Shown: piece after piece, positions 22,759 to 32,413 of the stretch | Position numbering within the stretch: the first letter of the stretch is position 1 | Layout: each line of letters starts with the position of its first letter | DNA from: an uncultured Gemmatimonadaceae bacterium | Lineage (GTDB): Bacteria > Gemmatimonadota > Gemmatimonadetes > Gemmatimonadales > Gemmatimonadaceae | Assembly (NCBI GenBank): GCA_963822945.1 | Contig: CAWGJO010000027.1 | Span: 227,728 to 291,727 of the forward strand | Length of the DNA stretch: 64,000 nucleotides | Reading direction: 5' to 3' | Position numbers and translations under genes: made by a program | The notes under the pieces: model-generated | What the model was told of the DNA's origin: nothing | Seen by the model: the letters and a program-made list of their open reading frames with translations, nothing else | The model's database searches: none

Positions 22759-23304
22759 ATGCGAACGGTTCCCCTCCTCGTCGCCGCCGTCCTGTTGATG
22801 TCCTGCAGCGACGCGCCCACCACGATCGACTCTGTCGCGCAATCCGGCCCGAGCAGCCTGCAGGCCGTCTCCGCCAGTAGGACGAACGCTTCGGCCGCCT
22901 CGCAGGTCGCGCAGCTTCGTCGCCTGATTGCGCCGTACCACACCTTGGCGAAGGCGTCCGCGGCTGGCTGGGACACCGACATCACCGGATGCCTGGAGTT
23001 GCCCGGAGTCGGGGGAATGGGCCACCACTATGCCAACCTTGCCAACCTCACCGACGGCCAGATCACCTGGAATCAGCCCGAAATTCTGGTGTTCGCGCCA
23101 AGCCCGAATCATCGGGACGGACTGAAACTGGTAGCCGTGGAGTACCTCGTGTTCAAGTCGGAAATGCCGACGGCACCATCACTCTATGGCCAGACGTTCC
23201 ATTCCAATGATGGTGCCGGGGCCTGGATGCTCCACGTCTGGATCGGGGCGCACAACCCGGACGGCATGTTCGCGGACTGGAATCCCACCATCTCCTGCAC
23301 CTGA
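22759..23304 (+). CDS. Hypothetical secreted lipoprotein
   Basis: LMSC lipobox; GGMGHHYAN, PEILVF, VAVEY, WMLHVW, NPDGMFADWNP. Confidence 0.8.
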   Translation: MRTVPLLVAAVLLMSCSDAPTTIDSVAQSGPSSLQAVSASRTNASAASQVAQLRRLIAPYHTLAKASAAGWDTDITGCLELPGVGGMGHHYANLANLTDGQITWNQPEILVFAPSPNHRDGLKLVAVEYLVFKSEMPTAPSLYGQTFHSNDGAGAWMLHVWIGAHNPDGMFADWNPTISCT

Positions 23305-23343
23305 TCGCCGAGCGGAACGGACGCAGGCGAGACCCATGCGCTG

Positions 23344-23374
23344 AGCACCCCTGCCCATTGGGGAGGGGTGCTTT
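23344..23374. terminator. Hairpin, putative intrinsic terminator
   Basis: AGCACCCCT...AGGGGTGCT stem followed by TT, between convergent genes. Confidence 0.5.
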
Positions 23375-23440
23375 GCGATGGCGGCACGTGTCGGCCCCTT
23401 TCCGCTCGTTCAACGCCTTCATATAAGAACCGCAATTTCG
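23372..23440 (-). repeat. ettA-tail repeat copy A (very degenerate, no arm)
   Basis: Translates NCGSYMKALNERKGAD versus consensus NVGSYIEDxKKRKGPD. Confidence 0.55.
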
Positions 23441-23474
23441 GTCGGTGCAGGCGGCCCTCCCCCAAGCCTCGCCG

Positions 23475-25319
23475 TCACCCGCCGCGCCAGACCCCTTCGG
23501 CCCGCGCCGCCACGGCGCCGAGTAATCCCTGCAGCGCCGTGCGCGCTCTGCTCATGGAGCGGGCGTACAGCGCGCGGTATCCCTTCAGGCCGAGCCCACC
23601 GCCTGCCAGCAGACCAACTGCCGCGACGGCGGGGAGCAGCGGTGCGATCCCGATCGCCACGCCGAGCCCGACGCCCCCCGCCAGACCCGCGCCTCCGCTG
23701 AGTGCCGACAGCAACGTCCCCAGCGCAAAGCCGATGTTGTGCGACGTCACGGGGCTGTGCACCGTCAGCTCGCAGGACGCGGACTCTCCCTCCACGGAAC
23801 GCAGCGAGACGAACACCTGGCGGAGCCCCGCGTCTCTGGTCGCGAAACCGAACCCCTGATAGGTGAAGGCGTGGGTACCCGCGATGTTGAAGGCGAGAAC
23901 GCCTCCGTCGAGCGGATCACCCTGCTGGTCGGCAAAGCTCAGCCGGAAGGGCTCTTCGGGAAACACGGCCTCCATGGCTGCGAGCACGTCCCGGGGCGCG
24001 GCTCGGACCACGCGCGTCACGGTAATCGCGTTGGGCGGGTGCTTCAGGAATCGCCGGGCCAGAGCCGTGCTGTGCTGCACGGCGCCGAGTGAGTCCCCGG
24101 TCGCGAGCGGTGAGGTGGATACCGCCGGCGCGCCAGGCTGCGCCAGGCCGTGCTCCACCATCGCGTGCTCCACGTACTGCGCCGGGATGCCTGCTTCGAG
24201 CGCCGCGTCGCGCACCGCCGACAGGTCGTAGCCCGAGGTGCGGCTGGCGTCGCCCGCCGCGTCGCGGGGTGTGGGCACCGGCGTCGGCCGCGGCTCGAGG
24301 CCCGTCTGCGCCTGCAGCTCCGAGGCGCGCGACCAGATGGCCTGCGCTTCCGTCTCCGACACCACCGCCGGCGCCGCCGGATTCGCCGCCGCGCGCACCG
24401 CGTCGCGCGCCACCTCGCCCTCCACGCGTCGCAGCGCCTCGGCCAGTTCGCCGCCCGACTGGAACCGCGCCGCGGGATCCTTGGCCAGACAGCGGTCCAC
24501 AATCTCGGCCAGCGCCCGCGGCGTGTCGGGCACCACGGTGAGCAGGGGCGGGGGCGCCGTGTTCACCTGCGCGATGAGCACCGCCGACGCCAGTGTCGCG
24601 TCGAAGGGGAATTGGCCGGTGAGCGCGTAGAAGCCCACCACGCCCAGCGAATACAGATCGCTGCGGCCGTCCAGCGGCTCGCCGGTCACCTGTTCCGGGC
24701 TCATGTAGTGCACGGTGCCGAGCACCTGGCCGGTGGCCGTGAGCGGCGCCGCCTCGGCCATGCGCGCGATGCCGAAATCGGTGACCATCGCCGAGCCGGT
24801 GGCGCGGTCGATGAGAATGTTCTCGGCTTTCACATCGCGGTGCACCACGCCGCGTGCGCTGGCGTAGCCGAGCGCCGCCGCCACGTCGCGCATCTGGCGT
24901 AGCACGTCGCGCGGATCCAGCCGCCCCGCGTCGCGCACGGCCTCGGCCACCGACACGCCGTCCACGTAGCCCATGGCAAAGAACACCAGGCCGTCGATCT
25001 CGTCGGCGCGGTAGACCGGCACGATGTGCGAGTGCGACAGCATGGCGGCCGTGCGCGCCTCGCGCAGAAATCGTTCGCGGACGGCGGGATCGGCGGCCAG
25101 GTGGGGCGGCAGCGTCTTGAGCGCCACGGGCCGGTCGAGCTTGAGATCGCGGCCCAGGTACACGATGCCCATGCCGCCGCGGCCGATCTCGCGTTCGAGC
25201 GTGTACTGGCCGTCGAGGGCGCGCGAAAGGGCGGCGAATTCGGGCGACGTCGGGGTGGTCGGCTCCTGAATCCGGTCCGCCGACTTGCTGTTGAAATTCC
25301 GGGGATCCGCCTCGCTCAT
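23475..25319 (-). CDS. Ser/Thr protein kinase with C-terminal membrane region
   Basis: IGRGGMGIVY, VALK, HRDVKAEN, DFG, GTVHYMSPEQ, DLYSLG. Confidence 0.93.
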   Translation of the reverse strand: MSEADPRNFNSKSADRIQEPTTPTSPEFAALSRALDGQYTLEREIGRGGMGIVYLGRDLKLDRPVALKTLPPHLAADPAVRERFLREARTAAMLSHSHIVPVYRADEIDGLVFFAMGYVDGVSVAEAVRDAGRLDPRDVLRQMRDVAAALGYASARGVVHRDVKAENILIDRATGSAMVTDFGIARMAEAAPLTATGQVLGTVHYMSPEQVTGEPLDGRSDLYSLGVVGFYALTGQFPFDATLASAVLIAQVNTAPPPLLTVVPDTPRALAEIVDRCLAKDPAARFQSGGELAEALRRVEGEVARDAVRAAANPAAPAVVSETEAQAIWSRASELQAQTGLEPRPTPVPTPRDAAGDASRTSGYDLSAVRDAALEAGIPAQYVEHAMVEHGLAQPGAPAVSTSPLATGDSLGAVQHSTALARRFLKHPPNAITVTRVVRAAPRDVLAAMEAVFPEEPFRLSFADQQGDPLDGGVLAFNIAGTHAFTYQGFGFATRDAGLRQVFVSLRSVEGESASCELTVHSPVTSHNIGFALGTLLSALSGGAGLAGGVGLGVAIGIAPLLPAVAAVGLLAGGGLGLKGYRALYARSMSRARTALQGLLGAVAARAEGVWRGG

Positions 25320-25432
25320 GAACAATGGTCGCTGCCACCGAGCGAATTCACAAGCACGCGAGGTGGCGAACCGACGTTCCATAGCGCCCCGTTGCTGCCC
25401 GTACACATCCCGCCCCCCTCCGTGGCCCCGGT

Positions 25433-25520
25433 CGCATCGAGTCCCTTCCACTGCTTCCGATCTTCTATATAGAAACCGACATTCCCCTCGAACCACGCAC
25501 GCGGCAGTGTGGTTGTGACG
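25433..25520 (-). repeat. ettA-tail repeat copy B
   Basis: VTTTLPRA-WFEGNVGFYIEDRKQWKGLDA. Confidence 0.85.
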
Positions 25521-25587
25521 CGGCCGGCCCACGCTTCACAACGGACCTCTCTTGTATTCGTGCAGCGGCGGGGCTAACGTCGCCCGC

Positions 25588-27168
25588 ATGATTCCATCCT
25601 CTCGCTTGCTCATTGCGGCGCTGCTCTGGCCCGCGGCGCTCGCCGCGCAGACGCCGGATTCCGCGCCGCCCCACGCCGTGGCCGGCTCCGCCCTCGCGCC
25701 CTTTGCGACGAAATCGTCGGGCTCCGTACGCACGCCCGCCGGGACGATTGCCTACGACGCGGTGACGGGCGCCCTGGTCGTGCACCCGAAGGGGTGGGAC
25801 GACGCCGCGCCGCCCGACACGTCGAAGCCGGGCGCCGTCGCCACGATGTCGTACGTGGCGTACTTCAAGACCGGCGCCGGCGCGGCGCAACGGCCGCTCA
25901 CGTTCGTCTTCAACGGCGGACCCGGCTCGGCGACGCTCTGGCTGCACATGGGCGCGTTCGGTCCGCGGCGCGTGGTCACGAACGACCATACGCATACACC
26001 GGGCGCCCCCTACGAGATGGTGAACAACGACCAGACCCTGCTCGACGTCAGCGATCTCGTCTTCGTGGACATGCCGGGCACGGGGCTCGGCCGCGTCATG
26101 GGCAAGGACAAGGCGCAGGCGTTCTACGGCGTGGATCAGGACATCCACGCGTTCGCGGTTTTCATCCGCGACTTCCTGACCAAGTACGACCGCTGGAACT
26201 CGCCCAAGTACATTTTCGGCGAGAGCTATGGCACGATGCGCGGCGCCGGCCTGCCGCTGGCCCTCCAGAACGAGAACATCGACCTCAACGGCGTGATGCT
26301 GCTGTCGTGCATCCTCAACTGGGACACGATGCCCGACGATCCGCAACTGAACCCCGGGATCGACGAGCCGTACATCGTGAGCCTGCCCACGTACGCGGCC
26401 ACGGCCTGGTACCATCACAAGCTGCCGGCGGCGCCGGCGACGCTGCAGCCGTTCCTCGCCGAGGTCGAGCGGTTCGCGACCGGCGACTACGCGCTCGCGC
26501 TGCTCCAGGGCAACGCCCTCCCCGACGCGCAACGGCAGGCCATCGCGGCCAAGCTGCACGACTACACGGGCCTGTCGGTAGCGTACCTGCTCAAGACCAA
26601 CCTGCGCATCGAGTACGGCGCGTTCCAGAAGGAACTCTTCGGCGGCGAAGCGCTGACCACCGGCACGCTCGACACGCGGTTCATCGGCCCAACGCTCGAC
26701 CCACTGAGCAAAGTCAGCGAGTACGATCCGCAGAGTTCGGCGATCGGCGCGGCGTACGTGGCGGCGTTGAACACCTACCTGGCGCAGTCGCTCAAGTACG
26801 ACGGCCCGCTACGCTACAAGACCGGCGTCGGCGTGTACTCGAGCTGGGACTACAAGCATCAGGCGCCGGGCGCCGGCCGGCCGCTCATCGCGCAGCCGAA
26901 CGTGCTGCCGGACCTGGCGGCGGCGATGAAGATGAACCCCACCATGCGGGTGCTGGTGCTGGGCGGATACTACGACGTCTCAACGCCGTACTTCGAGGGC
27001 AAATTCGAGCTGGATCACCTGCCGATCCCGGCATCGCTCGAGCAGAACATCGAGTACCGGTACTATGAGTCGGGACACATGGTGTACGTGAACGTGCCGA
27101 CGCTGAAGCGCCTGCACGAAGACGTGTCGGCGTTCATCCGGGGCGGCGGCCCGCGGTCGTCTCATTGA
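25588..27168 (+). CDS. S10 family serine carboxypeptidase
   Basis: FNGGPGS, DMPGTG, GESYG, GYYD, YESGHMVY; signal peptide. Confidence 0.93.
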   Translation: MIPSSRLLIAALLWPAALAAQTPDSAPPHAVAGSALAPFATKSSGSVRTPAGTIAYDAVTGALVVHPKGWDDAAPPDTSKPGAVATMSYVAYFKTGAGAAQRPLTFVFNGGPGSATLWLHMGAFGPRRVVTNDHTHTPGAPYEMVNNDQTLLDVSDLVFVDMPGTGLGRVMGKDKAQAFYGVDQDIHAFAVFIRDFLTKYDRWNSPKYIFGESYGTMRGAGLPLALQNENIDLNGVMLLSCILNWDTMPDDPQLNPGIDEPYIVSLPTYAATAWYHHKLPAAPATLQPFLAEVERFATGDYALALLQGNALPDAQRQAIAAKLHDYTGLSVAYLLKTNLRIEYGAFQKELFGGEALTTGTLDTRFIGPTLDPLSKVSEYDPQSSAIGAAYVAALNTYLAQSLKYDGPLRYKTGVGVYSSWDYKHQAPGAGRPLIAQPNVLPDLAAAMKMNPTMRVLVLGGYYDVSTPYFEGKFELDHLPIPASLEQNIEYRYYESGHMVYVNVPTLKRLHEDVSAFIRGGGPRSSH

Positions 27169-27325
27169 GTGCGGCATGGGCTGCCGGCCCGGGGATCCGT
27201 CGCGGAGCCGCGCTTGGCGGCCGGCCCTCGGCGCTCGCCCGTCGGGCCATACGCAGATTCAGATTCCCATCCTTGAGAGTCGTTGTTCCTGTTCCCTCTG
27301 AGCACTGTACGGGAGGTTTCCAAAC

Positions 27326-27913
27326 GTGAATGCACGTCGTGGTACACGCTACGCTCGCCCCGCCGCACTCTGCGCGCTCGTGCTGCTCTGCGCTGCGACG
27401 CCGGCGTGCCCTGCAGGCGAAGCTACGGCACGAGCCGGCTCCAGCCTGGTCGGGTCGGGGGTGGGCACCGGCAAGATCGAAGCCTGCAAGCTCATCAGCG
27501 CCACCGCCGCCGGGAAGATCCTCGGCACCACCGTGACCGTGAAGCCCGTCGAGACGTCGGCCGCCGGATCGGATGCCGCTTCCATGTGCAGCTATCAGAC
27601 CGGACAGGTCAGAGGCGGCTTCATGCTGCTCGCCGGACGCGTGAAGTACAGCGACGCCGCAACCGAAGTCGCGGCCAGAAAGAAGGAGGCGGTGTCGGAC
27701 CTTCCGCCGGGTATTCCCACGCCGACGTTCACCGACGTGCATGGGCTCGGTGAGGCGGCCTACCTGGAGAAGACTCCAGAGAGCGTCGAATTGCACGTGC
27801 TCCAGCACGGCGTCGTGGTCGTCATCACGTTCGTCCGAAAGGCCGACCAGACGGTGGTCCGGCAGTGCGAGCAGTTGGCCCGCATCGCGCTGGGAAACGT
27901 TGCCGGGAGCTGA
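27326..27913 (+). CDS. Hypothetical exported protein
   Basis: Hydrophobic N-terminus, ACKLIS...ILG, CSY, GLGEAAY pattern. Confidence 0.65.
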   Translation: MNARRGTRYARPAALCALVLLCAATPACPAGEATARAGSSLVGSGVGTGKIEACKLISATAAGKILGTTVTVKPVETSAAGSDAASMCSYQTGQVRGGFMLLAGRVKYSDAATEVAARKKEAVSDLPPGIPTPTFTDVHGLGEAAYLEKTPESVELHVLQHGVVVVITFVRKADQTVVRQCEQLARIALGNVAGS

Positions 27914-28151
27914 ACCCGCATTCGGCGTGAGCTGAAGGGCCAGGCGACCATGCGGCCCATCTCACCGACCTCGAGGACTGGTGGGGATCAACGCCCATCG
28001 ACGCCAGGAGTTGACTGGGCCCTCGCGGGCCCCCCTCCCCGAAAGTTGGACCGGGCGGACTGGCGTAATGACAAGCTGAACGGTTGCGGTGAACTCCGGC
28101 ACCGCGAGGGCTCCGGCTCAGCCGCGCCCCTTGGCGGGCCATGGCGTGCCC

Positions 28152-28380
28152 CTACCCCCTCACCAACTTCCGATACGTCACCCGGTGCGGCTGATCCGCA
28201 TCCGGTCCCTTCTGCTTTGTCAGAATTTCTATATAAGCCCGAAAATTCGCCCCGAACCACGCATGCGAAATGGTGGTTATGACGGGATCAGCGTGATCCT
28301 CATAGGGGAAATGGCGCGAGGTCGTGTAGTTCGCCTTTGTCACGAGCGCACGTTCGTGACAATGCCTCTCGTCGCGGATC
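28152..28380 (-). repeat. ettA-tail + arm repeat copy C
   Basis: WFGANFRAYIEILTKQKGPDADQPHRVTYRKLVRG*; arm with TTGTCACGA-N8-TCGTGACAA at 28337-28362. Confidence 0.9.
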
Positions 28381-28527
28381 TGGCCTGCGGCCGATGGCCC
28401 ACTCGATTTCTCGCTTTCTTGACGGTCCGAGATCGGACTGGCCGGTTCAGACGGCCCAGTCCGCATGATCAGCGTTCCTCAGAACGGAGGGAAGGTCAAC
28501 GACGTGTGGCCCTGACTCCGTCCCAAC

Positions 28528-30819
28528 TCATTGCTCGAATCCCATCTTGGTCACGAGCGCGCGCCAGCGAGGGTCGCCGTGCAGGGGGCGCAGGCGAGGG
28601 ATGGTCTTCAGATAGGCGAGGCCAGTGTCGCGTGTCGCATAGGCACGCTCCAGCCATTCGAACGCCGCATCCGCTTCGCCGCTGGCCGCGTACACCTCCG
28701 CCACCTGCATGCCCCACGTCTCGGCGTGCCCCTCGATCAGCTGTCGGAGGGCGGCATCCGACTTCGCCCGCTGCCCCGAGGCACGATGGACGATGGCCAC
28801 CGCCCAGAGGCGATACCCTTCCTCCGGCTCCCGTTGCGCCTCGCGCAGCGCCTCCTCTACCCGGTTGCCGGCCAGCGTGTTGAGGGCGAGGTGGGCGTGC
28901 GTCGCGATACGCTGCGGGGCCAGCGCGAGCGCCTTGCCAAACGCTTCCTCGGCGCCCGCAAGATCATCGACCGCGTGCAGCGCGAGCCCGAGGCTGTGGT
29001 AAGCTGCCGCGCTCAGGGGATCCTGTTCCAGGGCGCGGCGGAAAATGCCGAGCGACTCGTGCAGCCTCCCGAGGGTGCTCGCGAGCACGCCCGACAGGCG
29101 GAGGGCGGATGCACTTCCGGGCGCGAGATCCAGTGCTCGGGCCAGCGATGCTTCCGCGCCGCGCCAGTCCCAGTCGCAGAAGATCCTGATCCAGGCAATC
29201 TGCGTGTGGGCCTCCGCCAGGTTCGGCTCCAGAGCAAGCGATCGCTCCACCGCCTCCCGGCCGCGCGCATATCCCTCCTCTACCGGCGTCAGCTGCCAGC
29301 CCACTTGCCGCACGTACGCGACACTCAACTTCGCCCAGGCGAGCGCGAAGCGAGGATCTCGCTCAACCGCCTGTTGCAGATATCCGACGGCGTTCCCCGT
29401 TGCCTCGCGGTTGTACTGGTCCATCAAGTGGCACGCCAGGAGATACATCCGATGGGCTTCCGGATCGGTGCTGCGCCCCTTTGCCGCCCGCTCGACCTCG
29501 GCCTTCGCACGGTCGCTGGCCGCGGAGTCAGCGGCCTCGCCCAGCAGGGTCGTCCGCAGCTCCTTCACCACGGACCGCGCGATGTCGTCCTGCACCGCGA
29601 AGATGTCGTCCAGGGTTCGGTCGTACGTCTCGGACCAGAGATGGTACCCTTCAGGCACCTTCACCAGTTGCACATTGATGCGCACGCGGTTCCCCGCCCG
29701 GCGTACGCTGCCGTCGACCAGCGTCGCGACGTTGAGCGACCTTCCCACCTCGGCAGGCGGTACACTCTTGCCTTTGAATTGGAACGACGACGCGCGGGCC
29801 GAGACACGCAGCCCTTTGATCTTGGCCAGCAGGCCGAGCAGCTCGTCCGCCAGGCCGTCGGAGAAGTACTCGTCCTCCGGGTTGGCACTCCGGTTGACGA
29901 ACGGCAATACCGCAATGGACGCGATACGCGGTGAGCGGCCGGGTGTTGCGGGCGCCGTGCCGCGCTCGAGCGTGCGCTTCATCTCGCGCAGTTCGTTCGC
30001 CAGCTCCAGGGCGGTCTGGAACCGGTCGCCCGGCTGCTTCTCCAGACACCGGCCGATGATGCGCTCGAGTTGGACCGGCACGTCAGTGCGAACACTGGTG
30101 AGCGCTGGCGCGTTCTCGCTGACGATGGCGGCAAGCAGCTGCCAGGAGGTCTTCCCGACGAACGGTGAGCGCCCGGTCAGGATCTCGAACCCCAGGATGC
30201 CGAACGAGAACAGATCCGTTCGGGCGTCCACGACTTCGTTGAGGGCCTGTTCGGGCGCCATATAGAGCGCGGTGCCCAGCACTTCTCCGGTCATGGTCAG
30301 CGAGTCCACGAGCTTGCTCCGCGGCTGATCCTCCACGTCCTGCATCAGCTTGGCGATGCCGAAGTCCAGCACTTTGACGCGGCCCTCGCTCGTTACCATC
30401 ACGTTGGCGGGTTTCAGATCGCGGTGCACGACGCCCTTCTGGTGCGCCGCCGCCAGCGCATCGGCGAGCGGGATCAGCAAGTCGAGCACCTGATCGAGCG
30501 GCAGGCCACCCGGCGTGATCAGGTCGCCCAGATTTCGACCTTCCACCAATTCCATGGTGAGGAACCGCGTACCGCCTGCCTCCTCGATGGAGTAGAGGGT
30601 AATGATGTTCGGGTGATTGAGGCTCGCCACGATCTTCGCTTCACGCTCGAAGCGAGCCAGACGCTCCGCACTGGAGGCGAGCGCATCGGGCAGCACCTTG
30701 ACTGCGACGTCTCGTCCGAGTCGTGCGTCGTGCGCGCGGTGTACCTCCCCCATTCCGCCCGTACCGAGCGGTGCGACGATCTCGTAGCTTCCTAGGCGGG
30801 TGCCAGCGACCAGGGGCAT
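28528..30819 (-). CDS. Ser/Thr kinase with TolB-N-like and TPR domains
   Basis: MPLVAGTRLGSYEI, HRDLKPAN, DFG, YMAPEQ; SIAVLPFVN..DEYFSDG; TPRs. Confidence 0.93.
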   Translation of the reverse strand: MPLVAGTRLGSYEIVAPLGTGGMGEVHRAHDARLGRDVAVKVLPDALASSAERLARFEREAKIVASLNHPNIITLYSIEEAGGTRFLTMELVEGRNLGDLITPGGLPLDQVLDLLIPLADALAAAHQKGVVHRDLKPANVMVTSEGRVKVLDFGIAKLMQDVEDQPRSKLVDSLTMTGEVLGTALYMAPEQALNEVVDARTDLFSFGILGFEILTGRSPFVGKTSWQLLAAIVSENAPALTSVRTDVPVQLERIIGRCLEKQPGDRFQTALELANELREMKRTLERGTAPATPGRSPRIASIAVLPFVNRSANPEDEYFSDGLADELLGLLAKIKGLRVSARASSFQFKGKSVPPAEVGRSLNVATLVDGSVRRAGNRVRINVQLVKVPEGYHLWSETYDRTLDDIFAVQDDIARSVVKELRTTLLGEAADSAASDRAKAEVERAAKGRSTDPEAHRMYLLACHLMDQYNREATGNAVGYLQQAVERDPRFALAWAKLSVAYVRQVGWQLTPVEEGYARGREAVERSLALEPNLAEAHTQIAWIRIFCDWDWRGAEASLARALDLAPGSASALRLSGVLASTLGRLHESLGIFRRALEQDPLSAAAYHSLGLALHAVDDLAGAEEAFGKALALAPQRIATHAHLALNTLAGNRVEEALREAQREPEEGYRLWAVAIVHRASGQRAKSDAALRQLIEGHAETWGMQVAEVYAASGEADAAFEWLERAYATRDTGLAYLKTIPRLRPLHGDPRWRALVTKMGFEQ

Positions 30820-30891
30820 GCCCACGAATGTAGCCCGCGGTGGGGATTGTGCGAATGCCGGTTCGGTGGCTCTCGCTTCCAGTCCCACACG

Positions 30892-31101
30892 CTCACCCGG
30901 CACCAGCCGCCGAGACGTCACCCGCTTCGGGTGATCGCCATCCGGCCCCTTCCGCTTCTTCGAGTCTTCGATACACGCCCGGCAGTTCCCCCGGAATTGC
31001 GCTGGCCAGAGTGTGGTTGTGACGTAATTGGCGTGCCCCTCATTGCGGAAATCGTGGCAGGCCGTGTAGTTCGCCCTTGTCACGAGCCATGGTCGTGACG
31101 A
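30892..31101 (-). repeat. ettA-tail + arm repeat copy D
   Basis: FRGNCRACIEDSKKRKGPDGDHPKRVTSRRLVPG; TTGTCACGA-N7-TCGTGACGA at 31077-31101. Confidence 0.88.
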
Positions 31102-31159
31102 CGCCGCTCGCCGATCCGTTCGCACGAACCCCTTCACGGAAGGCGAGCCCGGGCGCCAT

Positions 31160-31198
31160 TACTTAGGCCTTGACCTTAGTATTAATCGGGTATATACT
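31160..31198 (+). promoter_or_regulatory. Sigma70 promoter TTGACC-N17-TATACT overlapped by an imperfect inverted repeat (ArsR operator candidate)
   Basis: TTGACC 31170-75, TATACT 31193-98; TACTTAGG...CCTTAGTA. Confidence 0.6.
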
Positions 31199-31242
31199 CT
31201 CTCCGCCGGAACGGAAGACCCAACCAATCCACGGGTGGTGCC

Positions 31243-31584
31243 ATGGTGCAATCTGCAGTCGCCGACGACGTCTTCTATGCGCTGTCGAATTCGACGCGGC
31301 GGAAGGTGCTGGAGCAGCTGTCGGTCGGGCCGTCCACCGTCAGTGACCTCGCGGCGCCGTTCGACATGAAGCTCCCGTCGTTCGTGCAGCACCTTGCGGT
31401 GCTGGAACGGAGCCGGCTGGTCAGGTCGAAGAAGCGCGGACGCGTGCGGACCTACGAGCTCGCCCCCGAACGGTTCAAGGTCGCGGAAGACTGGCTGACC
31501 GCGCGCCGCCAGGTATGGGAAGCGCGTCTGGACCGGTTCGACCAGTACGTCAAACACCTCAAGGACAAGGAATCCGAATCATGA
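31243..31584 (+). CDS. ArsR/SmtB family repressor
   Basis: FYALSNSTRR, VSDLAAPFDMKLPSFVQHLAVLE, KRGRVR. Confidence 0.9.
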   Translation: MVQSAVADDVFYALSNSTRRKVLEQLSVGPSTVSDLAAPFDMKLPSFVQHLAVLERSRLVRSKKRGRVRTYELAPERFKVAEDWLTARRQVWEARLDRFDQYVKHLKDKESES

Positions 31585-32072
31585 GAAAGCAATTCGCGGT
31601 CGATCCGAAGCTCGATCTCGTCTTCGAACGGTTCATCGACGCACCCACGCGGCTCGTCTGGGAAGCGCTGACGAAGCCGGAGCACGTCAAGGAGTGGTAC
31701 ATGCCCCGGGAGTGGGGGCGGGTGGCGCGCGCCGAGATGGACCTGCGACCGGGCGGCATGTTCAGCATCGACATCACGGTGGGAGACGGCCGGGAGGTTC
31801 CCAACCTCGGCTGCTTCCTGGACGTCGTGCCGATGGAGCGGCTCGTCTGGACCTCGATGTTGTTCCCCGGCTATCGTCCGGCGGTCTTCGACGACATTCC
31901 GATCACCGCCATCATGACCCTGGAGCGTGTGGGATCGGGCACCCGCTACGTGTTCACGGCGCTGCACCGGGACGAGAGCGACCTCGAGAAGAACAAGGAG
32001 TCGGGCTGGCAGCAGGGGACGGAGATCGCCCTCGATCAACTCGTGGCCCATGTGACGTCGATGAAGTCGTGA
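31581..32072 (+). CDS. SRPBCC/AHSA1 domain protein
   Basis: DLVFERFIDAP..VWEALT.PE..KEW, DLRPGG, GWQQG. Confidence 0.9.
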   Translation: MRKQFAVDPKLDLVFERFIDAPTRLVWEALTKPEHVKEWYMPREWGRVARAEMDLRPGGMFSIDITVGDGREVPNLGCFLDVVPMERLVWTSMLFPGYRPAVFDDIPITAIMTLERVGSGTRYVFTALHRDESDLEKNKESGWQQGTEIALDQLVAHVTSMKS

Positions 32073-32099
32073 GGGCGGTCGGAGCGCCGGCGCGGGATG

Positions 32100-32367
32100 C
32101 GCTCGGGGCTCGTCGTGTTGCAGCTCGCATTGTCCGTGGTGTTGCTCACCGGACGTACGGCCGGTCGACGCCGTGCTACGTCTCAGGGTCCGAGCCGTCG
32201 TCCGACCGTCCGGCGCGGGGCGTCGCGTTGAGTATTGTGGCGCCCGACTTCTTCGATGCGATGGAGATTCATTTGCTCCAGGGACGTTGGTTCACGGCGA
32301 CGGATACCGCGGGCGCACCCGCGAGATCGGCGTGCGGCTCGACCCGGTTGCCGCGCTGCGCGAATAG
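32100..32367 (+). pseudogene. Collapsed remnant of an ADOP/MacB-type ABC permease gene
   Basis: Disjoint motifs LVVLQLALSVVLL, VAPDFFDAMEIHLLQGRWFTATD, RLDPVAALRE* within ~270 bp. Confidence 0.65.
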
Positions 32368-32413
32368 ATCGGCGGGGGCGACCGCCCGTCAGACCTCACG
32401 GGACTTGAAGGTC

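Noticed and set aside
28152..28466. 104-aa ORF as a real gene
   Set aside because: It is scar C read in frame; the equivalent frame is stopped (TAG) in copies G, H and I
30820..31137. N-terminal extension of the 869-aa kinase ORF (likewise 25320-25532 for the other kinase)
   Set aside because: These extensions read through scars D and B; typical kinase starts are at 30819 and 25319
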